Positions 1 through 9,625 of a stretch of 32,640 nucleotides of DNA are shown in pieces. Position numbers and translations under genes: made by a program. The stretch comes from an uncultured Gammaproteobacteria bacterium. Lineage in GTDB: Bacteria > Patescibacteriota > Microgenomatia > Daviesbacterales > UBA10151. Position 1 is the first letter of the stretch. Every line of letters begins with the position of its first letter. The stretch covers positions 7,297 through 39,936 of the forward strand of contig CAYSNN010000003.1 in assembly GCA_964432475.1 (NCBI GenBank), written 5' to 3'. Under the pieces are notes generated by a model. It saw only the letters and a list, made by a program, of their open reading frames with translations. It ran no database searches and had not been told where the DNA came from.

Positions 1-1
1 A

Positions 2-820
2 TTTTTTGCTGCAGAGGCAATAGGATTAGCCCTTTTTATAGTGGGAAATTTAGGGATGAGAGTTCTCGGTCTTTTAGAGATAGGAAGGAGGATTGTTAAA
101 GGTAAAGTTTTTACTGAGCCTATAGAAATTATGCTTTTTGGAAGTATGATGACCGGACTTATTATACCCTTACTTTTTGTTCAAAAAGGCCTTATTTACA
201 ACAATATCCAATTCATGCAATATTTTCTTTTAATCTTTGGGTTCTATGGGGCAGTTTCTACATATCGAATCCTCAACTTTTTAAAGGGTAAAACGGCAAA
301 ATTCTTTTTAATCATTTTGATTATAGCCTTCTCCGTACCTACAGTAATAGGAAATCTGGTTGAATTTTATGGTTATGGTACAAGCCCCCTTGCAAAAATC
401 AGTAATAAGGAATTGCAGGCTTTGAGTTTTCTAAAGAAGAATTCCGATCCACAGGATATAATATTAAATATGCCATTTAACAAGGACCTTCAGAATGAAT
501 TTCCCTCTCAACCCAGACCTATTTATGCATGGTATGATACTTCCTATATATCTGCACTAACCGGCAGAAACTCTTATCTTGCCTCGGAGCATGTTACACT
601 TTTGTTTTACCCTGAAACGGATGAAAGAAAAGAAAATAAAAAAAGATTTTTTGAGCAATCGGATTTTACTTGGAATAGAGGATTTCTAAAAAGGGAAAAG
701 ATCAGCTTCATATATACTGCAAAAGCCGAGCTCAAAAAGCCACTGGATCTTTCAGGAAATGATCTGGATATATTTTTTGAAAACGACGAGGTTATTATAT
801 TAAGAGTCAAAAATTCCTAA
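2..820 (+). CDS. Polytopic membrane protein, C-terminal part only (ORF open to the 5' window edge); possibly GT-C-type with a soluble C-terminal domain
   Basis: The frame is open from nt 2 (FFAAEAIGLALFIVGNLGMRV...), so the GTG at 41 in the ORF track is probably internal. Hydrophobic helices are followed by a ~150-aa hydrophilic tail (ISNKELQALSFLKKNSDPQDIIL...YISALTGRNSYL). Stop TAA is at 818-820 and the next gene starts 3 nt later. Confidence 0.6.
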   Translation, partial: FFAAEAIGLALFIVGNLGMRVLGLLEIGRRIVKGKVFTEPIEIMLFGSMMTGLIIPLLFVQKGLIYNNIQFMQYFLLIFGFYGAVSTYRILNFLKGKTAKFFLIILIIAFSVPTVIGNLVEFYGYGTSPLAKISNKELQALSFLKKNSDPQDIILNMPFNKDLQNEFPSQPRPIYAWYDTSYISALTGRNSYLASEHVTLLFYPETDERKENKKRFFEQSDFTWNRGFLKREKISFIYTAKAELKKPLDLSGNDLDIFFENDEVIILRVKNS

Positions 821-823
821 ACC

Positions 824-2467
824 ATGTTTAAAATAGTTCAAACTCAAGTCCTGATATTAATTTTAGCTGCAGCCTTAATATTTAGGATTATAAATATTGA
901 CAGTAACCCACCCTCTATGTACGGAGACGAATTAACAATGGCACTGGATGTTAATTCAATACTCTACACAGGTTTTGACACGACAGGAAAATTCTTACCC
1001 TTAAACTTTATTATGGGAGGCGGCAGGCCTGTTGGATATGGTTATTTTTCGTTGCCTTTCATAGCAGTATTTGGGCCAGGCGCTTTAGGTATTAGGTTGT
1101 TATCTGTACTTTCCGGAATTGGAATAGTTTTACTAATTTATCTTTTAGGTAAATTACTTTTCTCAAAACAAGTAGGTTTATTTGCTGCATTACTGGTTGC
1201 TGTTTCTCCCTGGGATTTGTCTTTGAGCAGAGGCGGATTTGAGACGCATTTTGCCCTATTTTTAGCTCTTCTAGGAGTAGTGTTGTTTCTGATGGCTGAA
1301 AGAAAGCCTTGGTTTTATGTTATAGGCGCTTTAAGTTTTGGTTTAAGTATAAATACATATTCAACTTATAAGTTATCTTTACCTTTGTTAATACCTCTTT
1401 TAATGTGGTTTGCTAATTTTAAAGAGGTACTTTTAAGTATAAAGCACAGGTTTTATCTGATATTCTCAGTTTTTGTGTTGTCAATTTTTGTAATCTTACT
1501 TATGTTTCAGGCTTTCTTCGGGGCAAGCGAAACAAGATTTCTAAGTTTAAATATTTTTGCCCAAGGTGAAATCAGAGAGCAGATAATCCAAGCAATTAAT
1601 GAGCAAAGGAATTTAAGTTCAAACAGTAAAGAGTTATCAAAGCTTCTCCATAACAAATTCTGGGAATATGGATTTTTACTTCAGAAAAGTTATCTAAATA
1701 ATTTTTCTATAGACTTCTTATTTTTGACCGGCGACCGAAATCCGCGGCATAATATGGCCTCAAGCGGAAGTCTGTATCTTGCTCAAATAATTTTGTTACT
1801 TTTAGGTTTTGGACATCTATTTAAAAAGGAATATACAAAAAAAATAGTTTTTTTGGTAGGGTGGTTAGCTGTTGCACCTGTTGCCACATCGCTTTTACTT
1901 GAGACGCATGCCCTAAGGAGTTCTTTTATGCTGCCTCCTTTGACTTTGCTTTCTGCACTGGGATTATTTTATATATGGAATTTAAGAAGTATTTTAGCCA
2001 AAGGGGCTTTAGGAATTATTGCTTTAGGAATTATTATTCAATTTATAATTATTTGTGAAAATTTGTATTTTGTTTCTCCAAATAAATATTCGAGGTTTTG
2101 GTCATATCCTGCAAAAATGGCTTCCCAGATAGCAATTGACGAAAAAGAAAAATATGATTACATTTTTCTTTCTGATAGGATAGATGCTATTGAATTTGCT
2201 TATCCGGTGTATGCCCGGGTCCACCCCTTGAAAGTATTGGAACAAAACCAAAGACAGACAGAAATAAACGATAAATTATTTAGGAAATACGGAAATGTTT
2301 ATCTTGGTTCTATACCGGATAGTAGTGTTGGAAGCTTTTTAAAAAGTGTAAATGGTTCAATTCTATATATAGGTCCGGAGAGTGATTTAAAATACTTACA
2401 AGGATATGAAGTAGTTGAGGGTAAGGATAAATTAAAAGCCTTAGTGATTGAAAAATTAAAAAATTAA
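824..2467 (+). CDS. GT-C fold glycosyltransferase, GT39/ArnT/PMT_2-like (paralog A)
   Basis: 547-aa polytopic ORF. An N-terminal TM is followed by the loop NPPSMYGDELTMALDVNSILYTG..GKFLP (acidic DE motif typical of GT-C). It also has VSPWDLSLSRGG, FLFLTGDRNPRHN and ETHALRS, plus the C-terminal soluble module FWSYPAKM...YDYIFLS shared with the other paralogs. Confidence 0.8.
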   Translation: MFKIVQTQVLILILAAALIFRIINIDSNPPSMYGDELTMALDVNSILYTGFDTTGKFLPLNFIMGGGRPVGYGYFSLPFIAVFGPGALGIRLLSVLSGIGIVLLIYLLGKLLFSKQVGLFAALLVAVSPWDLSLSRGGFETHFALFLALLGVVLFLMAERKPWFYVIGALSFGLSINTYSTYKLSLPLLIPLLMWFANFKEVLLSIKHRFYLIFSVFVLSIFVILLMFQAFFGASETRFLSLNIFAQGEIREQIIQAINEQRNLSSNSKELSKLLHNKFWEYGFLLQKSYLNNFSIDFLFLTGDRNPRHNMASSGSLYLAQIILLLLGFGHLFKKEYTKKIVFLVGWLAVAPVATSLLLETHALRSSFMLPPLTLLSALGLFYIWNLRSILAKGALGIIALGIIIQFIIICENLYFVSPNKYSRFWSYPAKMASQIAIDEKEKYDYIFLSDRIDAIEFAYPVYARVHPLKVLEQNQRQTEINDKLFRKYGNVYLGSIPDSSVGSFLKSVNGSILYIGPESDLKYLQGYEVVEGKDKLKALVIEKLKN

Positions 2468-2468
2468 T

Positions 2469-3668
2469 ATGGATTATATAACGGCAAAAATCTTAAAAAA
2501 GAATAATATAATCTTTGTCGTTGTACTTTTTCTTCATCAACTTTTACAAAACTTTATACAAAGTAACCTTTCCCCAATCCATTATGCGAAAGTAGGCCTG
2601 TTTTTTTCGGAACTGCTTACTAATAGTCTGTTTATACCTCCCTGGTTATTAACTATTATAGAAATAGGAAATTTGTTTTTACTTTGGTTGATTAGTAAAA
2701 TAATTTTTCCGAAATACTCCATAATTGTCCCCATAATATATGTTATTTCACCATGGAGTAGTTACCTTTTGGTTGCAGGTTCTTTTTATATCTATATTCT
2801 TTTTTTATTGTTGCTTGGAGTTTATGGATTAATACTTTTAAAATCCAGTGAACATCTTGCTTTTAGAAGAAAAATATTGGGAAATATAGTAATAAGTGGT
2901 GCGTTACTGGTTATAGCGTATAGTTCGCTCACCCTGCTGCTTGTAATGCCTCTTTTTTTGTTGCTGCCTTATTTTAAAATAGTTTCTTTCAGGAACTTGA
3001 AACTTTCGTTTGTGATAATAACTATTTTATTTTTGCCTTTATTATTTTTGGTTCAAAGGAATACGATTGGTTTCAAAAATGTCTTAAATAATGAAATTAA
3101 AATTTTCTCTAATCCTGGTTTATTAAATATGGTTAACAGCTATAGGGGAGCAGCACAAGAAGAGGGTTTTGGCAAATTAGCTCAAATATCTGAGAATAAA
3201 TATATTGTTTATACCGAATATATATTACTAAAATATATCAAACAATTCAGCCCGAGCAGCTACTTCACTTCCGAAGAAAAACTTTTAAATTTTTCTTTTG
3301 CACCGCCAATTTTGTTAGGTTTTATAATTCCTCTTGTTTATAGTTTATATAAATTATTGAGGTCACCCCGCAGAAAACTGCTATTTTTATCTACTATTTT
3401 AGTTATTCCCGCCGTTTTGTCTGAAAGAATGGTTGATTTAAATCGCCTGATTATTTTTGCTCCAGTAATAATGATACTGATTTCTCATGGTGTAATAGAG
3501 TTACTCAAGCAAAAGAGAGAGAAAATTATATACTTTTTTTTAATGTTAACTTTGGTTTTGGTAACTCTTCAGTCTTTTGTTGTTTTGTTTGACATACAAC
3601 TTAGAGAAAAGGCAAGATTTAGCAAATATTACGAATATGAGAAAAATTATGAGGTAGGAAAACAGTGA
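2469..3668 (+). CDS. Truncated GT-C-paralog-like polytopic membrane protein; lacks the N-terminal DE loop and the C-terminal soluble module
   Basis: 399 aa, very hydrophobic. It retains ISPWSSYL (compare ISAWHI / VSPWDL), IFSNPGLLNMVNSYRGA (compare ITDDPGLVLRINENRGA in the 10429 gene) and QFSPSSYF (compare HFSPQFLF). It has no PPS..DE..DEWG loop and no WQYGY tail. It starts 1 nt after the stop of the upstream GT-C gene. Confidence 0.55.
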   Translation: MDYITAKILKKNNIIFVVVLFLHQLLQNFIQSNLSPIHYAKVGLFFSELLTNSLFIPPWLLTIIEIGNLFLLWLISKIIFPKYSIIVPIIYVISPWSSYLLVAGSFYIYILFLLLLGVYGLILLKSSEHLAFRRKILGNIVISGALLVIAYSSLTLLLVMPLFLLLPYFKIVSFRNLKLSFVIITILFLPLLFLVQRNTIGFKNVLNNEIKIFSNPGLLNMVNSYRGAAQEEGFGKLAQISENKYIVYTEYILLKYIKQFSPSSYFTSEEKLLNFSFAPPILLGFIIPLVYSLYKLLRSPRRKLLFLSTILVIPAVLSERMVDLNRLIIFAPVIMILISHGVIELLKQKREKIIYFFLMLTLVLVTLQSFVVLFDIQLREKARFSKYYEYEKNYEVGKQ

Positions 3669-5293
3669 ACAAAAAAATTCTTATTACTTTAATGCTCATA
3701 ATTACAATTTTGGGTGGATTTTTGAGATTTTATAAGAACACGGAAAATCCACCGAGTTTAAATGGAGATGAGATATCCTTTGGTTATACTGCTTACTCAA
3801 TATTAAAGACTGGTAGAGATGAATGGGGAAAGTTTTTACCGATTACTTTTCAAGCAGTCGGAGATTACAAAAATCCAGTTCCTGGATACATAATGATGAT
3901 ATCAATCAAGCTGTTTGGATTGAATGATTTTGCTGTAAGATTTCAGAATGCCTTCTTCGGGACACTGATGATTCCAATATTTTTTCTATTCTTAACCCGA
4001 GTACTAAAAGAACAATTACCAGCTTTAATTGGTTCTTTCTTTCTGTCTATTTCGGCTTGGCATATTTTTTATTCAAGAATGGAATATGAATATATTCTGG
4101 CCTCATTTTTTGTACTCCTTGGCATATGGTTTTTTATGAAAATGCTTGAAGGAGGTAAGCGTTGGGCTTTCTTTTCTGCTTTTTTCCTTATTCTTACAAT
4201 GTATACTGCTCCTGCCCCCCGTCTTTTTGTACCGTTATTTGTTATTGTGTTATTGATTTTCACTCTTTCTAAATTCAAAACAAGATGTGATAAGATAGTT
4301 ATCTTTATTACAACTTGTGTAATATTAGGGCTTCCGCTAACATATGCCACCTTATTTCAAGGTGCTGGTACCAGACTTTCAATGGTTCTAATCTCAAATG
4401 ATATAGAATTCCAACGATATGTCCTGCTGGAATCTGCCCGTTCTGTAGCTGATATCCCCTTATTAATACTTTTTTGGGTGAAGAGGTACCTAAACTATCT
4501 ACAGCCCAATTTTTTATTTATTAACGGTTTAAATGTTACAAACCCGAATACTTTTGGTTTAGGAATGCTATATATTTATGAGTTACCATTTCTAATTGTT
4601 GGAGTTTTCGAATTTATATATAGAAGGATTCCTCACAAAGCAATCTTTGTGATATGGCTTTTAACGGGGATTTTTCCTGATTCAATTACGAATAATCAAC
4701 AACATGCCGGAAGACTATTGCATATTGCCCCTGTAATTATTCTCATAATTACTTTAGGAGCAATAAAATCTTATAACTGGTTTATAAATCTTTCTAAATC
4801 CTATCTTAAAGTAATTATTGCTGGATGTTTCAGTCTTTTGGTAATTATAGTTATGATACATGCTTTTCTGACCATTGCGATTTATTTTCCTAGAGCTAAG
4901 GGTGAATCTTTCGATGAAGGGTTAAAACAGGCAGCTTTATATATACGAGACCACCAAGATAGCTATGATGAGATAATATTTGATCCACGTAGAGGAGTTG
5001 AGGGTCCGTATCTGGTGAGTAATCCATATCTCTATGTACTGTTTTACTCAAAATATGACCCCTTTACTTACCAGACAGAGCAAAAGATATCTAGTCAGGA
5101 TGCTACATACTTTTTTAAGTTTAATAAATATACCTTCAGAGAGATTGAATGGAATGAAGATCAAAGCAGAAAAGAAACATTATTTATTGGTAGCCCCTGG
5201 AGTTTCCCCAAAGATTTAAAGTCGGATGAAATATTGGAAAAGATCTATATGTCTTCCGGTTTACCAGCATATTACATAGTATCTCCAAAATGA
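3665..5293 (+). CDS. GT-C fold glycosyltransferase, GT39/ArnT/PMT_2-like (paralog B)
   Basis: GTG start overlaps the upstream stop (GTGA), with GAGG about 10 nt upstream. Motifs are NPPSLNGDEISFGYTAYSILKTGRDEWGKFLPITF, ISAWHIFYSR and YLQPNFLFINGL. The C-terminal module is FDEGLKQAALYIRDHQDSYDEIIFD...PYLYVLFYSKYDP. Confidence 0.8.
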   Translation: MNKKILITLMLIITILGGFLRFYKNTENPPSLNGDEISFGYTAYSILKTGRDEWGKFLPITFQAVGDYKNPVPGYIMMISIKLFGLNDFAVRFQNAFFGTLMIPIFFLFLTRVLKEQLPALIGSFFLSISAWHIFYSRMEYEYILASFFVLLGIWFFMKMLEGGKRWAFFSAFFLILTMYTAPAPRLFVPLFVIVLLIFTLSKFKTRCDKIVIFITTCVILGLPLTYATLFQGAGTRLSMVLISNDIEFQRYVLLESARSVADIPLLILFWVKRYLNYLQPNFLFINGLNVTNPNTFGLGMLYIYELPFLIVGVFEFIYRRIPHKAIFVIWLLTGIFPDSITNNQQHAGRLLHIAPVIILIITLGAIKSYNWFINLSKSYLKVIIAGCFSLLVIIVMIHAFLTIAIYFPRAKGESFDEGLKQAALYIRDHQDSYDEIIFDPRRGVEGPYLVSNPYLYVLFYSKYDPFTYQTEQKISSQDATYFFKFNKYTFREIEWNEDQSRKETLFIGSPWSFPKDLKSDEILEKIYMSSGLPAYYIVSPK

Positions 5294-5319
5294 TTTCAAT
5301 TTTAAATTATGCAAAAAAC

Positions 5320-5348
5320 TTGATACTCCTTTCAGTTCGTATTAAGAT
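5320..5348 (+). promoter_or_regulatory. Sigma70-like promoter candidate: TTGATA-17 nt-TAAGAT
   Basis: The -35-like TTGATA is at 5320-5325 and the -10-like TAAGAT at 5343-5348, with a 17-nt spacer. It sits in the only gap (62 nt) after a four-gene run. The -10 ends 7 nt before the ATG at 5356 and there is no SD. Confidence 0.35.
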
Positions 5349-5355
5349 TTAACCT

Positions 5356-6255
5356 ATGCCAAGAAAAATTTCAGCAGTAGTTAATACGCTTAATGAAGAG
5401 GCGAATATCGCTAGAGCAATTAAAAGCGTTAAGTGGTGTGATGAGATTCTAGTTTGTGACATGCACTCAGTTGATAAAACTGTTGAGATTGCTAAAAGTT
5501 TAGGAGCAAGAGTAGTCTTTCATGAAAAATTGGAGTTTGTAGAGCCAGCAAGAAACCTAGGTATTTCAGAAGCAAATGGTGAATGGATTTTAATCCTTGA
5601 TCCGGATGAGGAAATTCCTAACAGTTTGGCTGCTAAATTACAGCAAATTGCAGAAAGGATGCATGAAATAGATTATGTCAGATTGCCAAGAAAGAATCTG
5701 ATCTTTGGCAAGTGGATGAAGGCCTCAATGTGGTGGCCTGATTTTAATATCAGATTTTTTAGGAAAGGTAAAGTTGAGTGGACGGATAAAATTCATAGAC
5801 CCCCTCAAACCCAAGGTGTTGGGATAGATCTATCAGAAGATGAGCGATTATCGGTCATCCACCATCACTATGACTCAATTACGCAATTTCTAGAAAGAAT
5901 GAATAGGTATACTAAAATACAAGCAGAAGAGCTAGTCGAAGGTGGGTATAAATTTAATTGGGAGGACTTAATTAAAAAACCGTTGGGTGAATTTTTAGGA
6001 AGATTTTTTGCAAATAAAGGATATGCAGACGGAATACATGGGTTGGTTTTAAGCTTACTCCAATCCTTTTCATTTTTGATTGTTTATCTGCGTATCTGGG
6101 AGGCAGAAAAATTTAAACAAGAAGCTATTGATATGAAGGAACTTGAGGGTGTAAGCAAGCAGGCGAGAGAAGAGCTCCGGTATTGGTTTAAATTTATCAA
6201 TCTATCTAAAAATCCGTTTAAAAGATTTGTCCAAAAGGTGAAAGATAAAGTTTGA
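5356..6255 (+). CDS. GT2 glycosyltransferase, KdtX/WaaE-like subfamily (paralog 1 of 3)
   Basis: ISAVVNTLNEEANI (GT2 beta1), DKTVEIAKSLG and LILDPDEE (DxD-type motif). It also has the C-terminal helical region FLERMNRYTKIQAEEL and hydrophobic helices. It is preceded by a 62-nt gap with a promoter-like element. Confidence 0.8.
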   Translation: MPRKISAVVNTLNEEANIARAIKSVKWCDEILVCDMHSVDKTVEIAKSLGARVVFHEKLEFVEPARNLGISEANGEWILILDPDEEIPNSLAAKLQQIAERMHEIDYVRLPRKNLIFGKWMKASMWWPDFNIRFFRKGKVEWTDKIHRPPQTQGVGIDLSEDERLSVIHHHYDSITQFLERMNRYTKIQAEELVEGGYKFNWEDLIKKPLGEFLGRFFANKGYADGIHGLVLSLLQSFSFLIVYLRIWEAEKFKQEAIDMKELEGVSKQAREELRYWFKFINLSKNPFKRFVQKVKDKV

Positions 6256-6267
6256 GAGAAGGCAAAA

Positions 6268-7086
6268 ATGTTAAGTGTAATAGTACTTACAAAAAACGAA
6301 GAAAGCAGAATAAAAGCTTGTTTTGAGTCTGTTAAGTGGGCTGATGAGATTATATTAGTGGATAACGGGTCCTCAGATACGACTTTAGAAATAGCTAAAA
6401 AATATACAGATAAGATATTTTCATTTGAAAATCAAGATTTTGCAGCTTTCAGGAATGAAGCCTTTAAGAAAGCCTCAGGTGACTGGGTACTATACCTTGA
6501 TCCTGATGAGAGAGTATCACAAGGCCTTAGGGAGGAAATCGAGCAAATTATTAATAATGAGGAATTCGCAGCTTATGCTATTTCTAGGAAAAATATTATT
6601 TTTGGGCAGATGGTAAAATACGGGCCGTTTTGGCCGGATTGGGTTATTCGATTATTGAAAAAGAGCGATTTTGAAAATTGGGTAGGTAAAGTTCATGAAT
6701 ACCCCAAGTTTAAGGGTAAACTGGGGTTTACGAAGAATTCTTTGATACACCTAACACACCGTAACCTGGATCAAATTGTTTTAAAAAGTTTAGAGTGGTC
6801 AAAAATCGATGCAAAATTAAGAATAGATTCTCATCATCCTAAGATGTCCGGATGGAGATTTTTGAGGATTTTCCTTTCTGAAACATTCAAGCAAGGTGTA
6901 TTAAGAAAAGGTTTTCTTAACGGTACAGTGGGGATTATGGACTCCATGCTCCAGGTTTTCTACATGTACATTACCTATATTAGATTATGGGAAATGCAGC
7001 AGCCTATCTCTCTTGATAAAACTTATGATGAAATTGATAAAGCTTTAATAGAAAGTTCTTTTAGCCTAGATAGTCTAAAAAAATGA
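6268..7086 (+). CDS. GT2 glycosyltransferase, KdtX/WaaE-like subfamily (paralog 2 of 3)
   Basis: LSVIVLTKNEESRI, VDNGSSDTTLEIAKKY and LYLDPDER. It is collinear with the 5356 and 17719 products. GAGAAGG lies upstream of the ATG. Confidence 0.8.
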   Translation: MLSVIVLTKNEESRIKACFESVKWADEIILVDNGSSDTTLEIAKKYTDKIFSFENQDFAAFRNEAFKKASGDWVLYLDPDERVSQGLREEIEQIINNEEFAAYAISRKNIIFGQMVKYGPFWPDWVIRLLKKSDFENWVGKVHEYPKFKGKLGFTKNSLIHLTHRNLDQIVLKSLEWSKIDAKLRIDSHHPKMSGWRFLRIFLSETFKQGVLRKGFLNGTVGIMDSMLQVFYMYITYIRLWEMQQPISLDKTYDEIDKALIESSFSLDSLKK

Positions 7087-8156
7087 AGACTGCAATCTAC
7101 TCCCCTTATTTAGATACATTTGGTGGTGGTGAGAAGTATATGATGACTATAGCTGAAGTTTGTTGTCAGGCTGGTTATAAAGTTGATGTACTTTTGAGTA
7201 ATCATTTAAACAGTTTAGGTCCGGAGTTATTAAGAAAGCAGTTATCAGAGAGATTTAATTTAGATCTTTCAAACGTAAATTTTATTAAGGCTCCAATAGG
7301 GAAAGGATCAAATTTATTTAATAGACTCTTTTTTCTCAAAAATTATGACAGCTTTTTTTATTTAACTGATGGAAGTATTTTTATTTCAACCGCGGATAAA
7401 AATATTTTACATATTCAGACTCCCCTTGTAGGCCAACCGGCTAAAAGTATTTGGGGTAAAATCAAGCTGAAGTTTTGGAATTTAATTATCTATAATTCAC
7501 AGTTTACTAAAGCAAACTCTGATAAGAATTGGCCGCTCTCATCTGAGGTGGTTTTTCCTCCGGTTGATATTGATAAAATCAAGCCTCTGCAGAAGAAAAA
7601 TTATATACTTTCTGTGGGTAGATTTTTTGGTTACTTGAAAGATAAAAAGCATGAATTGATGATTAAAACTTTCAAAAAATTAGTTGAAACTAAAAGAATT
7701 GTCGGCTGGAGTTTAAATTTAGTTGGTTCGGCAAATAGCGGAGACGAACCATATTTAATGCAGTTGAAAAGTTTGGCAAAAGGATTACCTATAAATTTTT
7801 ATCCCAATTTAAGCTATGATGATTTAGTCAAGTTGTACGGACAATCCTCTATTTATTGGCATGCCTCAGGATTTGGGGAAAATGAGCCAACAAAAATGGA
7901 GCATTTCGGTATTGCTACTGTAGAGGCAATGGCAGCAGGTTGTGTGCCTGTTGTAATAAGGAAAGGCGGACAAATAGAAATTGTAGGTGCAGGCAGCGGT
8001 TTTTTATGGAACGATCCGGGTGAGTTTCAGGAATACACCATGAAAGTTATTTCAGATAAAGCCTTAAGAGAAAAAATTGGAAAAAAGGCAATTGAGAAAA
8101 CAAGGCTTTTTTCGAAAAAGAATTTTAAAGAAAAAATATTAGAGGTTTTAAGATGA
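7083..8156 (+). CDS. GT4 (Glycos_transf_1) glycosyltransferase, ALG11-like by motif
   Basis: ATGA overlap with the upstream gene. The N-terminal YSPYLDTFGGGEKYMMTIAEV and the EX7E region EHFGIATVEAMAAGCVPVVIRKGGQIEIV resemble ALG11-type alpha-mannosyltransferases. This comparison is from memory, not a search. Confidence 0.7.
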   Translation: MKTAIYSPYLDTFGGGEKYMMTIAEVCCQAGYKVDVLLSNHLNSLGPELLRKQLSERFNLDLSNVNFIKAPIGKGSNLFNRLFFLKNYDSFFYLTDGSIFISTADKNILHIQTPLVGQPAKSIWGKIKLKFWNLIIYNSQFTKANSDKNWPLSSEVVFPPVDIDKIKPLQKKNYILSVGRFFGYLKDKKHELMIKTFKKLVETKRIVGWSLNLVGSANSGDEPYLMQLKSLAKGLPINFYPNLSYDDLVKLYGQSSIYWHASGFGENEPTKMEHFGIATVEAMAAGCVPVVIRKGGQIEIVGAGSGFLWNDPGEFQEYTMKVISDKALREKIGKKAIEKTRLFSKKNFKEKILEVLR

Positions 8157-9625
8157 ATAATTGGTTTAAGATTGCAGTCTTTCTTTTGGTTTTTCTTTTT
8201 ACCTTTATACTAAGAGCACATAATTATGAAAAAACTCCCGGGGCTCTGCATCTGGATGAAATGCTTTATGCCTGGTCCGGGTTGTATTTAATTGAAACCG
8301 GTATTCCTGTTTCTTGGTCCACCCTGGATTACCCCCAAAGAGCGGAAATTTTTAAAGGAACAGTTGATTATAGGGGAGGAGAACCGTCAACATCTGTTAC
8401 CCTTTATAAACCTTGGTTAGATGAGCCACCTCTTTTCTCTTTGATAGTTGGATACTTTGCCCACAATTTTAAGGCTGACAGAACTGACTTTATCCCATCA
8501 TCTTATATTAGATTTCCGACTGTTATTTTTGCTGCTATAACATCTATTATGGTTTTTCTCATTACCAGGTTACTGAGCGGATATTGGACTGGAATACTTG
8601 CTATGCTCATCTACGGAACAGTACCTATCTTTGTTTTTGCTTCCCGGGTTGCTTTACCAGAAAATTTAATTGCCTTAATTTTCGTATTGATGGCTTTTTT
8701 ACTGTTAAAGTTTTATCAACACCCTCAATTTAAATATATACTGCCCATACCCTTATTGGTTGGTATTGCAGGATTATCTAAACCAACAGGTTTTTTTCTT
8801 ATATTTATAGCTATTTATATAATCTTTAAAAAAATGTATGAGGATAAACAATTTAAAAAAGCAATCTGGAAAATTTTATATGTTATTTTGGGAACAATTC
8901 CATTTATTGGGATATTTATTTCCTATGGTTTTTACTTTGACCCGGAAATCTTTTGGAGAATAACTTCTGTTCAGTCTTTTAGACCGGTAGGTTTTAAAAG
9001 TTTAGCCTGGTTTTTTGTATCACCTTCATATGGAACACATTTTGTAATTGATGGATGGTATATTTTTTGCTTGCTCTCTGCGGCATATTTTATTTTTGCT
9101 CCAAAAGAAGGGTTAAAAAGATTAATTAGCTTATTTTTTGTATTTTGGATAGGAGTTGTCATAATTAGCGGAGGAGAGGGTGATCTGCTGGCATGGTATC
9201 GCTTTCCTTCCTTCCCTTTCTTAGCAATACTGGGAACATGGGGCTTGCAACTATTGATTCAGAAATCGAATCTCTTTACATCATTTTTAGCTGTAGGGTT
9301 TCTTTTATCAAGCAGATCGTTACTGGTTAATGCCTTCAGGCCAAATATTGCTCCACTCAATTTTAGGCTGTTCTTTTCCACCTTACTTTTACCTTCAATA
9401 TTAGAATCTATTTTTGAAACCCCGCTACTTCACAAAGTAACAAAAGCAGTGATGATTTTAGTTATTTCAGTTGGAATTTATCTAAATGTTTTATATATAT
9501 ACAATGAATATGAGATTGTTTGTCAGAGCGTTGATTGTCCTCTCGTGCCAACTACGACTTTATCGACTCTTCACTTTCCTTTTTTCTGGAGATTTTTTGT
9601 TCTGGGAGAATCAAAATATAGATAA
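8153..9625 (+). CDS. GT-C fold glycosyltransferase, PMT_2-like with a long first loop
   Basis: ATGA overlap with the upstream gene. TM1 is followed by TPGALHLDEMLYAWSGLYLIETG, a long loop ending KPWLDEPPLFSLIVGYF (PPL motif of PMT_2/ArnT), and at least 10 further hydrophobic helices. It has no WQYGY tail. Confidence 0.7.
   Translation: MNNWFKIAVFLLVFLFTFILRAHNYEKTPGALHLDEMLYAWSGLYLIETGIPVSWSTLDYPQRAEIFKGTVDYRGGEPSTSVTLYKPWLDEPPLFSLIVGYFAHNFKADRTDFIPSSYIRFPTVIFAAITSIMVFLITRLLSGYWTGILAMLIYGTVPIFVFASRVALPENLIALIFVLMAFLLLKFYQHPQFKYILPIPLLVGIAGLSKPTGFFLIFIAIYIIFKKMYEDKQFKKAIWKILYVILGTIPFIGIFISYGFYFDPEIFWRITSVQSFRPVGFKSLAWFFVSPSYGTHFVIDGWYIFCLLSAAYFIFAPKEGLKRLISLFFVFWIGVVIISGGEGDLLAWYRFPSFPFLAILGTWGLQLLIQKSNLFTSFLAVGFLLSSRSLLVNAFRPNIAPLNFRLFFSTLLLPSILESIFETPLLHKVTKAVMILVISVGIYLNVLYIYNEYEIVCQSVDCPLVPTTTLSTLHFPFFWRFFVLGESKYR

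Noticed and set aside
5473-5505. A 33-nt segment that matches 9751-9783 at 29 of 33 positions (both encode DKTVEIAKSLG), found in two GT2 genes of different subfamilies
   Set aside because: It is short, all four differences are synonymous third positions, and the region is a commonly conserved GT2 alpha-helix. This is more likely shared ancestry or convergence on a motif than gene conversion or a mobile segment, and I cannot test it without alignments.
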